NCBI GenBank assembly: GCA_963702845.1
Contig: OY969763.1
Location: forward strand, 2,432,001 to 2,496,000
Reading direction: 5' to 3'
DNA from: an uncultured Verrucomicrobiae bacterium
Lineage (GTDB): Bacteria; Verrucomicrobiota; Verrucomicrobiia; Limisphaerales; Palsa-1400
DNA length: 64,000 nt
Position numbers and translations under genes: made by a program. Of this stretch, positions 22,242 through 32,670 are shown in pieces. The stretch's first letter is position 1, and the number at the start of each line of letters is the position of its first letter. The notes below the pieces were generated by a model. It worked only from the letters and a program-made list of their open reading frames with translations. It was not told the DNA's origin and searched no databases.

Positions 22242-23741
22242 ATGACACGTATCACAGCTTGCGGGCTCGCGCTCGCATTGGGATTTTTCGCGGTGCCCGC
22301 GCGCGCCGAGCAACCAAACGCCGCGCAGGGTAACAACCCAACAGGCCACATCGACGCGCAGGCTGTCGCACCTGCGGAACAATTGGGCAAAGCATTCGCG
22401 GAAGTTGCAGCGCATGTTCAGCCTGCCGTCGTGAGCGTTTACTCGGAAAAAATGGTTAAACATCCCGACACTTCGGCGGACGATCTTTTGCGTCGATTTT
22501 TCGGCGACCAGATGCCTCCCGGTCACGGTCGCGGAAGTCGCAATCATCCCAGCACAGTTCCACAACAAGGAATGGGTTCGGGAATAGTCATCGATAAGAA
22601 AGGTCACATCCTGACGAATTATCACGTCGTGGGTGACGTGGATGAAATCAAAGTGCAGCTTGGCGACAGACGCCGGTTCGAAGCGGAGATTGTAGGTTCA
22701 GATCCAGCCAGCGACGTCGCTGTGATTCGCATCAAAGGGAATGTTCCTTCAGATATGCCGGTGGCTGAACTTGGCGACTCAGACGCTTTGCAGGTGGGAA
22801 ATATCGTCATGGCCATCGGATCGCCATTTGGTTTCATTCAAACTGTGACGACTGGAGTATTGAGCGCGAAGGGACGCGCCGGCATCGGCATTAATACTTA
22901 CGAAGACTTCCTGCAAACTGATGCTGCCATTAATCCCGGCAATTCCGGCGGCCCGCTGGTAAACATGCGTGGGCAAGTTATCGGCATCAACAGTGTAATC
23001 GCAACGAGCATCGGGCAGTTCGCGGGCGTCGGATTGGCAATTCCGATCAACATGGTGAAAGCAGTCCTGCCGACACTCACCAGCGGCGGCAAGATTGTGC
23101 GTGGCTTCCTTGGAATTGGAATTCAGGAACTGACCAGTGATCTCGCGCAGCAATTTGGCGCCAACACGCTCAATGGCGCGCTAGTCAGCGACGTGAGCAA
23201 AGGGGGTCCAGCCGACCAGGCCGGTTTGAAACCTGGTGATATCATTTTGCGGATTGATGGAAAGCCGCTCCAGGACACCGCTCATTTGAAAAATATGGTG
23301 GCGGCGACGAAACCCGGCACACCAGTTAAGATGGAAATATTGCGCGATGGTAAAGAGCAGACTCTTACTGCCACCGTAGCGAAACTGGCGCCTGAGCCTG
23401 ACGTCGCGTCAGTGGAGTCGGAAGAGGCGGGCAGTAATAAGGAAAAGCCATCGGGTAAGCTGGGCGTTTCCGTTCAACAACTCACTCCCGGGCTGGCGCA
23501 GCAATTGGGATATGAAGGCGATAAGGGTGTTGTCGTCACTGACGTCCAGGAAGGCGGCCCTGCAGCTATGGCGGGCCTCAAAGAGGGCGATTTGATCGTG
23601 GAGGCCGACCATCAAGCAATTTCGAGCCCCGCCGATCTGCGTCGTACCATGGATAACTCGAAAAGTCAGAACAGCATGTTGCTGCGGGTGAAACGCGACA
23701 AACAGACGGTTTACATTCTTGTTCCAGCCCGACCGCAGTAG
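22242..23741 (+). CDS. Do/DegQ (HtrA) family serine protease with two PDZ domains
   Basis: AAGGAG before ATG 22242; signal peptide; TNYHVV, SDVAV and QTDAAINPGNSGGPL; two PDZ repeats. Confidence 0.95.
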   Translation: MTRITACGLALALGFFAVPARAEQPNAAQGNNPTGHIDAQAVAPAEQLGKAFAEVAAHVQPAVVSVYSEKMVKHPDTSADDLLRRFFGDQMPPGHGRGSRNHPSTVPQQGMGSGIVIDKKGHILTNYHVVGDVDEIKVQLGDRRRFEAEIVGSDPASDVAVIRIKGNVPSDMPVAELGDSDALQVGNIVMAIGSPFGFIQTVTTGVLSAKGRAGIGINTYEDFLQTDAAINPGNSGGPLVNMRGQVIGINSVIATSIGQFAGVGLAIPINMVKAVLPTLTSGGKIVRGFLGIGIQELTSDLAQQFGANTLNGALVSDVSKGGPADQAGLKPGDIILRIDGKPLQDTAHLKNMVAATKPGTPVKMEILRDGKEQTLTATVAKLAPEPDVASVESEEAGSNKEKPSGKLGVSVQQLTPGLAQQLGYEGDKGVVVTDVQEGGPAAMAGLKEGDLIVEADHQAISSPADLRRTMDNSKSQNSMLLRVKRDKQTVYILVPARPQ

Positions 23742-23785
23742 GTTTTGTTTGAGACTCGCACCAGCGTCTCTTACATTCTCTGGCA

Positions 23786-24898
23786 ATGAACGTCAGAGTT
23801 AAAGGCCGCTCACAGCATTATCGCACCGTCACATTCGATGCAGACAAGAACGCGGTGATGCTGATCGAGCAACGTCTGCTGCCCCACCAATTCAAAATAA
23901 TCGGCACGCGTGATTTTCGTGAAACAGCCGCGGCCATCAAAGACATGATCGTGCGTGGGGCCGGCGCGATTGGCGCAGCCGCCGCCTACGGTTTGGCCCA
24001 AGGTGCACGGGCGTTTCGTGGAACTGATTTACGGAAGTTTTCGAAACACGTTGAGACGGTTTATGAAACTTTGAAGGCGGCTCGGCCTACTGCCGTCGAC
24101 CCGGTCAACGCGATGAACGACGTTCGGCGCTCGATGAGCAAAGGTGAGACTGTCGAAGAACAACAGGCGCTTGCCTTGGCGGCGGCTGAAGAGTTCGCCA
24201 ATGAAGATGTTGCTCATTGCCGCGCGATTGGCGACCACGGCGCGAAACTGATCCGCAACGGCATGCGTGTCCTGACCCATTGCAATGCCGGGTGGCTCGC
24301 GTTTGTCGATATCGGAAGCGCAACCGCGCCGATCTACGCGGCGCACGGGGCCGGCAAAAAATTTCACGTATTCTGCGACGAAACACGTCCTCGCTGCCAG
24401 GGCGCGACACTGACGGCCTGGGAACTTGCACAGGAAGGTGTGTCGCACCAGGTCATCGCCGACAACGCCGCCGGTCATTTGATGCAGCGTGGCGAAATTG
24501 ATCTGGTCATTGTCGGCAGCGATCGCACGCTCGGTCGAACTGGCGAAGTTGCAAACAAAATTGGTACTTATACAAAAGCGGTTTTGGCGCACCGCCACAA
24601 AATTCCGTTCTATGTCGCGATTCCGCTTTCGACCATTGATTGGAATCTAAGAAAGGGCCGGGATATTCCGATTGAAGAACGCAACGAGAGCGAAGTGCTC
24701 GGCGCATGGGGAATAAATCCGAAATCCGAAATCAGGAATCCGAAATCTCAATATGTTCGCATTGCCAATCCAACCAGTGGCGCGCGCAACCCTGGATTCG
24801 ACGTCACTCCTGCTGAGTTAATCACGGGAATCATCACACCCGTTGGAATTTTTAAGCCACAGGATCTATGGAAGAACCGCAGCCGGTTAGGCGGTTAA
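23786..24898 (+). CDS. mtnA: S-methyl-5-thioribose-1-phosphate isomerase
   Basis: MIVRGAGAIG, RPTAVD, LTHCNAG, ETRPRCQG, ANKIGTY and NPGFDVTP. Confidence 0.93.
   Translation: MNVRVKGRSQHYRTVTFDADKNAVMLIEQRLLPHQFKIIGTRDFRETAAAIKDMIVRGAGAIGAAAAYGLAQGARAFRGTDLRKFSKHVETVYETLKAARPTAVDPVNAMNDVRRSMSKGETVEEQQALALAAAEEFANEDVAHCRAIGDHGAKLIRNGMRVLTHCNAGWLAFVDIGSATAPIYAAHGAGKKFHVFCDETRPRCQGATLTAWELAQEGVSHQVIADNAAGHLMQRGEIDLVIVGSDRTLGRTGEVANKIGTYTKAVLAHRHKIPFYVAIPLSTIDWNLRKGRDIPIEERNESEVLGAWGINPKSEIRNPKSQYVRIANPTSGARNPGFDVTPAELITGIITPVGIFKPQDLWKNRSRLGG
24716..24750 (+). repeat. Five tandem heptamers (AATCCGA type) inside mtnA
   Basis: AATCCGA AATCCGA AATCAGG AATCCGA AATCTCA, translated as NPKSEIRNPKSQ. 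Confidence 0.8.
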
Positions 24899-24910
24899 TA
24901 AAAGTGACGC

Positions 24911-24938
24911 TTGAACTTTGGCGCGCGAGCCATAAACT
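24911..24938 (+). promoter_or_regulatory. Putative sigma-70 promoter of tRNA-Cys
   Basis: TTGAAC-N16-TAAACT, ending 16 nt before the tRNA. Confidence 0.45.
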
Positions 24939-24954
24939 TTAGACGTCTTCAGGC

Positions 24955-25029
24955 GGCGGAGTAGCCAAGTGGTAAGGCACGGCTCTGCAAAAGCTGTATG
25001 CGTCGGTTCAATTCCGACCTCCGCCTCCA
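24955..25029 (+). tRNA. tRNA-Cys (GCA)
   Basis: Acceptor stem GGCGGAG/CTCCGCC, anticodon arm CGGCT-CTGCAAA-AGCTG, T arm GTCGG-TTCAATT-CCGAC, discriminator T and encoded CCA. Confidence 0.97.
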
Positions 25030-25273
25030 GTTTGTGAATATTCTTCAGAGGGCTTGGTGGGTTTCGGTGGGAAAAGATCAGAGATTTTCTTCTCATCTTC
25101 CGGCGGCTTCATGGACATTTCGCGTTAGAGAGCGCTGGGAATTGTAAAAGCGTTAAATTAATTTTGCGATTTCATGTGGAAAATCCAATTGTTTAACGCC
25201 CTGACAAGGCAACGGCTTAAAACCAAAATCAACGGATTTTGCCGACGGCAAATTGGAAATTTGCATTGATTGG

Positions 25274-25308
25274 TTGACAATAAGCGAATTTTGCGCAAAC
25301 GTTTGCGT
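25274..25308 (+). promoter_or_regulatory. -35 box plus LacI-type operator 1 (GH25 gene)
   Basis: TTGACA at 25274; GCGCAAACGTTTGCGT at 25293-25308. Confidence 0.85.
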
Positions 25309-25376
25309 TGCACCCCAAACAACACGGCAAAACCCAGCAAACTAACCATTAACCACTAAACAAAAAGAAAGAAGTT

Positions 25377-26144
25377 ATGATGCATCCACGAAAATCAATT
25401 AGCGCGTCTCTCGCGTTTATCACTGCGGGAATTGCCCTGGCCCTCTCGACACCCGAAGCCCAAGCACGTCCGTTAGGCATTGACGTCTCCAGTTTCCAAG
25501 GAAATGTCAATTGGACCGCTGCCTACAATAATAGCAATATCCGGATCGGGTTTGCCAAAGCGACTGAAGGCACGTTCTACCAGGACGCCTATTATCACAA
25601 CAACATGTCGAACGGAAAACTGGCGGGTTGCTTAATGGGCGCCTATCACTTTGCTCGTCCGGCATCCAACAGTGGCACCAGCGAGGCGAATTATTTTTAC
25701 AGCTTCGCGAACGCAAACTTCAATATTGGCGGACAAACAATTGGACCTGTTCTCGATATGGAGGTGTGGACTGGGCATGTGAATGCTTCCAGCTACACGG
25801 ATTGGGCGAACCAGTGGGGCAGTCAAATGATCACGAAAATGCATAACAACGGCCAGACGTGTAACTGGATTATCTACGTCAGCGCCTGCAGCGCATGCAA
25901 TTTCAACAGTAACATCACTGGGAGCCCCTGGATCGCCAATTACAATGGCCAGGATTCTCAGACGGGCACACCCTGGAGTTCGTGCGGTGGCTGCAATGTT
26001 TTTGCCGGCGTAGGTTGGCGTTTCTGGCAGTTCACGTCGACCGGCAGCGTTTCCGGCGTCAGCGGCAGTGTCGACAAAGACGTTTACAACGGCTTGCTTT
26101 CAGACCTGATGAGCAGCGATCTCATCATGCACCAATATCCGTAA
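25377..26144 (+). CDS. Secreted GH25 muramidase (lysozyme)
   Basis: Signal peptide ending AQA; GIDVSSFQG, AKATEG, GAYHFARP, LDME (DxE), PWIANY, FWQFTSTGSV and VDKD. Confidence 0.92.
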   Translation: MMHPRKSISASLAFITAGIALALSTPEAQARPLGIDVSSFQGNVNWTAAYNNSNIRIGFAKATEGTFYQDAYYHNNMSNGKLAGCLMGAYHFARPASNSGTSEANYFYSFANANFNIGGQTIGPVLDMEVWTGHVNASSYTDWANQWGSQMITKMHNNGQTCNWIIYVSACSACNFNSNITGSPWIANYNGQDSQTGTPWSSCGGCNVFAGVGWRFWQFTSTGSVSGVSGSVDKDVYNGLLSDLMSSDLIMHQYP

Positions 26145-26176
26145 TCTGATCCTCGATTAGTCGGATTCCGTCGAAG

Positions 26177-26207
26177 GTTCACCACAAATTGTGGTGAACT
26201 TTTTTTT
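26177..26207 (+). terminator. Rho-independent terminator
   Basis: GTTCACCAC-AAATT-GTGGTGAAC followed by 8 T, about 30 nt after the GH25 stop. Confidence 0.88.
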
Positions 26208-26308
26208 GCAACCTTCTCCGGGTCGAGATAAGCACAACGAATTACTCGTCCTCAAGACCGCGATGTCGTAAAAACAACTAAGAATTCGAGCAACCACGAA
26301 TGATAACG

Positions 26309-26343
26309 TTGACAAATAGACGCATTTGCGCAATCGTTTGCGT
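26309..26343 (+). promoter_or_regulatory. -35 box plus LacI-type operator 2 (pilin-like/GH127 unit)
   Basis: TTGACA at 26309; GCGCAATCGTTTGCGT at 26328-26343. Confidence 0.82.
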
Positions 26344-26368
26344 TAACCATTACTTAAATGCTTCAAAC

Positions 26369-27169
26369 ATGTTGCCCATGTTTCACTTAGTCGAACGTAA
26401 AAATCGTCACGCAAAAGACCTGCATCGGTTCGGGTTCACATTAATCGAGCTTCTGGTGGTAATCGCAATTATAGCGATCCTTGCTTCCATGCTCCTGCCA
26501 GCGCTCGCGCGTTCCAAGGAGCAAGCTCACCGGGCAAATTGTAAATCGAACATGCGACAGATGGCGGTCGCGGTGATTATTTATGCGGATGACAATCGTT
26601 CTTACTTCCCCATAGCGTTGCGCGATCAGCCGTCAAGCGTCTATCACGCGTCGTGGTTGCCGACGAATTCGTTTAACTACATGCACAAAGCATCGAAGAT
26701 TTCGAGTAATGCGCTGGGATGTCCCAATAAGCTGGCAATGACTGGCTGGTATTGGGAGCAGGATTACGGAACGCGCATTGGCTTTTATTGTGGCTGGGGT
26801 TTGCCGACGGCGCTGAACACGAGTGATCGGAGCCTGACGAATTACGGCGTGAATCCGTGGCCATGGGATTCGCCGCAGAAAACCACGGACATCACGCGTT
26901 ATTCGATGTTACTCGCTGACATCATTGAGAAAGGAACAGATAATCTGAACGGTATCCAAAATGTGACCGATTGTCCGCACGCGCCCACGGGCTCCCGCAC
27001 GAGCGCTGCGGGGCAGCTGGTCGAACCATCAGCGCTCAATTCCGACGGCGGCAATTTCGGACGCGTCGATGGCGCGGTGGAATGGCGTCGGCAAGCGGTC
27101 ATGCATCCGCACGTCGTTCACTGGAGCGCCAAAGGCGTGGAAAATGTAGCTTACATGGGTTATTGGTAA
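26369..27169 (+). CDS. Prepilin-type N-terminal cleavage/methylation protein
   Basis: [36 protein letters not shown] and [11 protein letters not shown]. Start placed downstream of the operator (26369 or 26378). Confidence 0.88.
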   Translation: MLPMFHLVERKNRHAKDLHRFGFTLIELLVVIAIIAILASMLLPALARSKEQAHRANCKSNMRQMAVAVIIYADDNRSYFPIALRDQPSSVYHASWLPTNSFNYMHKASKISSNALGCPNKLAMTGWYWEQDYGTRIGFYCGWGLPTALNTSDRSLTNYGVNPWPWDSPQKTTDITRYSMLLADIIEKGTDNLNGIQNVTDCPHAPTGSRTSAAGQLVEPSALNSDGGNFGRVDGAVEWRRQAVMHPHVVHWSAKGVENVAYMGYW

Positions 27170-27187
27170 GCCCATAATTTTTCTGAC

Positions 27188-29536
27188 ATGAATCGACCTT
27201 ATCGTTCGCGCTGTTGCCAATTATTAATCCCGTCTTTGGTTATCCTGACAGGCATCGCCACGCATGCATCAGGTTCGCCGATTTCTCTGCTCCCGGAAAA
27301 GGTCGCGCCAGTAATCGTCGACAAACAGGATGCGCAAATCCCCGATCGTGTGCATCTGACCGGGTGGGTCGGCACGCGGGTCGCCATTAATGAATCGAAC
27401 CGGCTCGCGAAACTCGACACGGATCGTTTGCTGGAAGGTTATCGACATCGACCCGGCCGGCAGACGTGGGACGGCGAACATGTCGGCAAATGGCTGCACG
27501 CCGCGACGCTCGCCTGGGCGAATACTGGTGATCCGGTTTTGCGCAAACGCCTCGATCTGGTTGCGAGTGAACTGACGAAGTGCCAGATGCCGGATGGTTA
27601 TCTCGGCACTTATGTGGAAACGAATCGTTGGAAGGAATGGGATGTTTGGGCACACAAATATAATTTGATCGGGCTGGTGACTTACATGCGTTATACCGGC
27701 AATCAGGAACCGATGCCGGCCTGCCGTCGCATGGCGGATTTGCTTTGCCAGACGTTTGGCGACGGCCCGGGACAGCGCGATATTATTCCCGCGGGCTTTC
27801 ACATGGGATTGGCTCCGACAAGCGTGCTGGAACCAATGGTATTGCTCTACCGTCTGACCGGCGAGGCGCGATATCTGGACTTTTGCAAATACATTCTGCG
27901 CGCATGGGAACAACCGAACGGCCCGAAAATTGTTTCAACGCTTCTGGCAGGAAAAAGCGTGGAAGAAGTTGGTGACGCGAAAGCTTACGAGATGCTGTCC
28001 TGCCTAAACGGCGCGCTGGAGTATCATCGAACAGTCGGTGATCCACAAATTCTCAAAGCCTGTTTGAATGCGTGGCAGGACATCGTCGATAACCGACTTT
28101 ACATCACGGGGACCTCGAGCTATCGCGAGCATTTTCACGCGGATTATGATTTCCCGAACATTAACAACGTCGGCGAAACATGCGTCACGGTGACCTGGCT
28201 GCAGTTTAATGCGCAGCTATTGAGACTCACTGGAGAAAAACGTTTCGCAGACCAACTCGAGCGTACGACGTTGAATCAATTAATGGGGGCACAAAGCTGC
28301 GACGGCGGCGCCTGGGGCTACTACGTGCAGATGGAAGGAAAGAAGCCATATAGCAGTAATCTTGATGGCCATTGCTGCCTTTCGAGTGGGCCACGCGGCG
28401 TGGCGTTGATTCCGACGTTTGCATTTACCACCGATAGGGACGGTGCCGTTGTGAATCTCTACGATTCCGGTAGCGCAAACCTTGTTCTGCGAAATGGCGA
28501 TTCGATGAGCTTGGACTTGCAAACGCAATTTCCGAGCAGCGAAGACGTTCAGATCTCCGTCACGGCAGCGCCGAAAGGATCACATGCAATTAAATTGCGC
28601 ATTCCGGATTGGTGCAACGATGCGACGATCATGATCAATGGCAAAAAAGCCTCAGGCAAGAAGAACGGTGACGGTTATGTCGCTCTTAACCGACGCTGGA
28701 CAAGCGGCGATAGAATTGATCTGCGTTTAATAATGGAACCGCGCATCATCGTTGGTGATCACAAGAACGAAGGAAAATTTGCGATCCAGTACGGTCCACT
28801 GGTGCTAGCGGCAGACGCTGATTCGTCCAACATCTCTTCAAACGCACTTGAGGAATTTCGTATTTCCGAATTGAATCCGAGGAAGTTGCGCATCGTTACC
28901 GAACCCGCAACAGGTAAATTTAAAACTTGGCCAAGCGCCCACTTATTTCGAGTTGTCAGCGACAATGGTGAATTGCCGATTAGCCTGGTGCCGTTTGCCG
29001 ACGCGGGTTCAACGGGTGCTGAATACGAAGTATGGTTGCCTTACGGAACGCCGCGTGCGGGGCGCAATCTCCTACTGACAGGTTTGGAAACGCGCTCGCG
29101 CCGTCAAAGCATGGGCGACTCAGTCATTGATAATAATTTTCAAACGTATGCAAGCACCGCGAGTGGCAAGGCGGCAGCGCAAGACTGGTTTACCGTCTTG
29201 CTGCAAAAACCCGTAACGATTTCCCGTGTAGTAGTTGCGCATGGTCGTAGTGAACACAACGGTGGTTGGTTTGATGCCAGCGCGGGCAAGCCCCGACTGC
29301 AAATCAAAGTTGTCGGTGAAGAGAAATGGAAAAACTTGTGTGACATCAAAAATTATCCCGACACAACCGCAACGAGTTCCGCGGGACTCAATGCCGGTGA
29401 GCAGTTCACTTGCAAGCTGGAAAAACCCGTTGAAATTGCCGGTATTCGTGTTATCGGTAAGCCAGCGTGTGGAGACGATCCAAAGCAGGCGTTTGCAACC
29501 TGCGCAGAATTGCAGGCTTACAATGATCTGCCGTAG
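27188..29536 (+). CDS. GH127/GH146-type (beta-L-arabinofuranosidase-like) glycosidase with C-terminal F5/8-like domain
   Basis: WDGEHVGKWL, KAYEM, ETC and HCC Zn/Cys motifs, LRIPDW and YGPLVL; signal peptide. Confidence 0.88.
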   Translation: MNRPYRSRCCQLLIPSLVILTGIATHASGSPISLLPEKVAPVIVDKQDAQIPDRVHLTGWVGTRVAINESNRLAKLDTDRLLEGYRHRPGRQTWDGEHVGKWLHAATLAWANTGDPVLRKRLDLVASELTKCQMPDGYLGTYVETNRWKEWDVWAHKYNLIGLVTYMRYTGNQEPMPACRRMADLLCQTFGDGPGQRDIIPAGFHMGLAPTSVLEPMVLLYRLTGEARYLDFCKYILRAWEQPNGPKIVSTLLAGKSVEEVGDAKAYEMLSCLNGALEYHRTVGDPQILKACLNAWQDIVDNRLYITGTSSYREHFHADYDFPNINNVGETCVTVTWLQFNAQLLRLTGEKRFADQLERTTLNQLMGAQSCDGGAWGYYVQMEGKKPYSSNLDGHCCLSSGPRGVALIPTFAFTTDRDGAVVNLYDSGSANLVLRNGDSMSLDLQTQFPSSEDVQISVTAAPKGSHAIKLRIPDWCNDATIMINGKKASGKKNGDGYVALNRRWTSGDRIDLRLIMEPRIIVGDHKNEGKFAIQYGPLVLAADADSSNISSNALEEFRISELNPRKLRIVTEPATGKFKTWPSAHLFRVVSDNGELPISLVPFADAGSTGAEYEVWLPYGTPRAGRNLLLTGLETRSRRQSMGDSVIDNNFQTYASTASGKAAAQDWFTVLLQKPVTISRVVVAHGRSEHNGGWFDASAGKPRLQIKVVGEEKWKNLCDIKNYPDTTATSSAGLNAGEQFTCKLEKPVEIAGIRVIGKPACGDDPKQAFATCAELQAYNDLP

Positions 29537-29575
29537 GCTTTTAGATTGACTCGGAACTTGGCAGGAATCAGGATA

Positions 29576-29591
29576 GCGCAAACGTTTGCGT
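29576..29591 (+). promoter_or_regulatory. LacI-type operator 3 (lacI-rbs operon, autoregulatory position)
   Basis: GCGCAAACGTTTGCGT 17 nt before the LacI start; TTGACT at 29546. Confidence 0.87.
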
Positions 29592-29608
29592 AAGGCGAAA
29601 ACTGAAGC

Positions 29609-30683
29609 GTGGCAACTGATAAACATAAAACTCCAGAGCCGCAACCGGCGCGCGCGTTGGGCAGTCCCCTGCCCACTTTGCAACGCATCGCCGATGAATC
29701 TGGTGTTTCCGTTTCGACTATCTCTCGCGTATTAAGCGGTCAAGCGGGCCGTTATCGCATCAGCAAACAAACTGAGGCAACGGTTCGCGCCTTAGCCAAG
29801 CAGATCAATTTTGTTCCTAATCAACTCGCACGCGGCTTACGCTTGAGAAAGACGCTGACGGTCGGTCTCGTCATTCCTGATATTTCCAACCCGTTCTTCG
29901 CGGGCATTGCGCAACAAGTGACCCTCGGTACAGAGAAGCCACGGTTATTCCGTAATTTTGTGCGACAGCCAGGGCAGCGTTGAACTGGAAACCAACGCTC
30001 TAGCGCTCCTGCAGAGTCGCAATGTTGAAGGCGTAGTCCTCTGCCCCGTTGGCCAGTCTCCAAAACATCTGATGGATTTAGTCGAAAGCGGATTGCCTAT
30101 GGTTTTGGTCGACCGTTTTTTCCCAGACACATCCATTCCTTACGTCAGTTCCGATAACGTCAACGGGGCAAAACAAGCCACGGAATATTTAATCGCAAAC
30201 GGTCATCGGCGGATAATCTGCCTACAAGGTTTGCACGGCACCTCGCCGAATGAATTTCGTTTACGCGGTTATAAAGAAGCGCTTGCCGCTCATCACATCC
30301 CGGTAGACCGGTCATTGATCGTTGGTGACAGTTTCACTGAGCAAAGTGGCTACATCGAAACAAAACTGTTGCTGCGCACACAGCCAGATGCCAGAGCGAT
30401 TCTGGCCTTTAGTAACGTCAACGCGCTCGGCGCAATCCGAGCGCTGGTCGAAGATCGGAGGAAAATCCCGGACGACATGTCGATTATCTCTTTCGACGAT
30501 CCGGCCTACGCACCGTTCTTATCGCCGCCAATGACGACTATCGCGCAATCCTATTCTGAAATGGGCGCTGTCGCGGTGAAGCTGTTGTTCGACCAAATCC
30601 AATTTCCGCGAAGGCAAACCAAAGGCGGTATATTGCTGCCCACTACACTAGCCGTCCGGCAATCAGTAAGGAAAAAAGTGTGA
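29609..30683 (+). CDS. LacI-family transcriptional regulator; frameshift near 29933
   Basis: HTH TLQRIADESGVSVSTISRVL, hinge FVPNQLARGL and IPDISNPFF; continues in ORF 29958..30683 (PMVLVDR, SIISFDD, PPMTTI). Confidence 0.92.
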
Positions 30684-31712
30684 ATCCGGTAAAACGTGCG
30701 CCTTCAATTCTTGTCGTTGGAAGCTCTTGCACCGACATGGTTATTCGTGTCGATCGTTTGCCGCGCGTGGGTGAAACAGTTTTAGGCGGTGAATTCGCCA
30801 GCACGCCCGGAGGAAAAGGTGCAAATCAGGCTGTCGGTGCCGCGCGAGCGGGTGGCGCAGTGACTTTCATCGGTTGCATCGGACGCGATGCCTTCGGAGA
30901 TAAGATGGTCAAATGTTTGAGTGATGACGGAATCAATATGGAGTTCACGGTGCGCATCCGAAGGCTCCATCCGGCGTTGCGTTAATTTTTGTCGGCCCTG
31001 AAGGCCAAAACTGCATCGCCGTGGCGTCTGGATCAAATGGCAAGTTAACTCCTGTTGATTTAACACAAGCTCGCGAAGCATTCACCAACGCCAGCGTTTT
31101 ACTGCTGCAGTTGGAAACGCCGCTCGTTACCGTGGAAGCCGCCGCTGAAATTGCCAGCGAAACCGGCACGCGAATATTGTTGAATCCTGCACCAGCGCAA
31201 AAATTGCCGGCTAGTTTGCTGCAGCGACTTATTTCTCATCACGCCGAACGAAACCGAAGCGGAGTTGCTCACCGGCGTTCCCGTCACAGATTCTTCGAGC
31301 GCGGTAAGGCGGCAGTCTATCCTCCTGTCGAAAGGCGTGCAGAACGTGATTATCACGATGGGCAGCGCCGGCGCTTACGTGGCGAGAAAGAACTCGGCCA
31401 GATGGTGCCGGGATTCAAAGTGAATGCAATTGATACGGTCGCTGCCGGTGATGTTTTCAATGGCGCCCTGGCCGTTGCTCTCGCCGAAGGAAAATCATGC
31501 TGGATGCCACACGTTTTGCGAACGCGGCTGCCGCCGTCGCGGTGACGCGACACGGCGCTCAAGCGTCGGCACCAACGTGCAAGGAAATCGATCAAATGCT
31601 CTTTAGCGGCAAATCGGATCGTATTGTTTTTGCGGACGGCATTTCCAGAAATGGTCACGCCGAAAAGCCCGCTCTGCAATCAACCCTGTCGTCCGAAACT
31701 TACGCTAAATGA
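30680..31712 (+). CDS. rbsK: Ribokinase (PfkB family); several frameshifts
   Basis: VVGSSCTDMV, PGGKGANQAV, LLQLETP, LNPAPA, ITPNETEA (shifted frame), DTVAAGDVFNG and FANAAAA, across ORFs 30680..30985, 31021..31545 and 31497..31712. Confidence 0.85.
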
Positions 31713-32661
31713 AACCCCGTTTCTGTTACGCACTCCTTATCTGCGCGTGCGTCATACTGACCGCTTGCAACAAATGTGAAAACCAATCGGCTGACGAGTC
31801 CAACTCCAGAAAAGCCGAAAGTCGCCCTCGTGATGAAATCACTCGCCAACGAGTTTTTCAGCACGATGGCTCAAGGCGCTGAGAAACATCAGCAGGCCAA
31901 TGCCACGTCATACGACCTTCTCGCCAACGGAATCAAAAACGAAACCGACCTCGCGCAACAGGTCAGTCTCGTGGAGCAGATGATCGCGCGCCAGGTGAAC
32001 GCAATCGTGATCGCGCCTGCTGATTCCAAGGCGCTGGTCACAGTCCTTAAGCACGCCAAAGCGGCGGGTATTTTGATCATCAACATCGACAACAAACTCG
32101 ATGCTGACGTGCTGAAGCAGGAAAACCTGCAAGATGCCGTTCGTCGGTCCGGACAATCGCGCAGGCGCACGCAAAGTCGGCGAGGCGCTCGCAAAGAAAC
32201 TCAAAGCAGGTGACGAGGTCGCGATCATCGAAGGGATTCCCACGGCATTCAACGGACAGCAACGTCGGCTTGGTTTTGAAGACGCAATGAAAACCGCGGG
32301 CATGAAAATCGTCGACAGTTCAAAGCGGCAATTGGGAAATGGAAAAAGCAAACAATGTCGCCTCAGCGATTCTTAGCGAACATCCCGATTTGAAAGCGAT
32401 TCTTGTGCGCGAACGATAACATGGCTCTCGGCGCTGTTTCAGCGATTGAATCGGCTGGCAAAACCGGAAAAGTTCTTGTCGTCTGGCTTTCGACAACATC
32501 AGCGCCATCATCCACTGATCGAAAAAGGCGCGGTGGTCGCCACCGCCGATCAGCACGGGGATCAATTGGCTGTTTTCGGCATCGAAGCCGCGCTGAAAAT
32601 TCTCAAAGGCCAGGCTCCACCCGCGGACCAAACCACGCCCGTGGACCTAATCACGAAATAG
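31709..32661 (+). CDS. rbsB: Ribose-type sugar ABC transporter substrate-binding protein; several frameshifts
   Basis: Lipoprotein-like signal (ILTAC), KPKVALVMKSLANEFF, IAPADSK, FVGPDN, CANDNMALG and ATADQ; fragments lie in successive frames. Confidence 0.8.
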
Positions 32662-32670
32662 CGGCCGCCT

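Noticed and set aside
25293..25308. Calling the operators PurR boxes (purine regulon)
   Set aside because: The sequence resembles the PurR palindrome, but no purine genes follow and a local LacI with ribose genes explains it better.
25309..25376. A/C-rich leader with GGCAAAACCC as a c-di-GMP riboswitch
   Set aside because: No pairing partner or second stem; the leader appears unstructured.
25030..26200. Prophage suggested by a lysozyme next to a tRNA
   Set aside because: No integrase, holin, terminase or structural genes; the enzyme has a Sec signal and a LacI-type operator.
26300..26368. N-terminal extension of ORF 26300..27169
   Set aside because: It overlaps TTGACA and operator 2; the true start is more likely 26369 or 26378.
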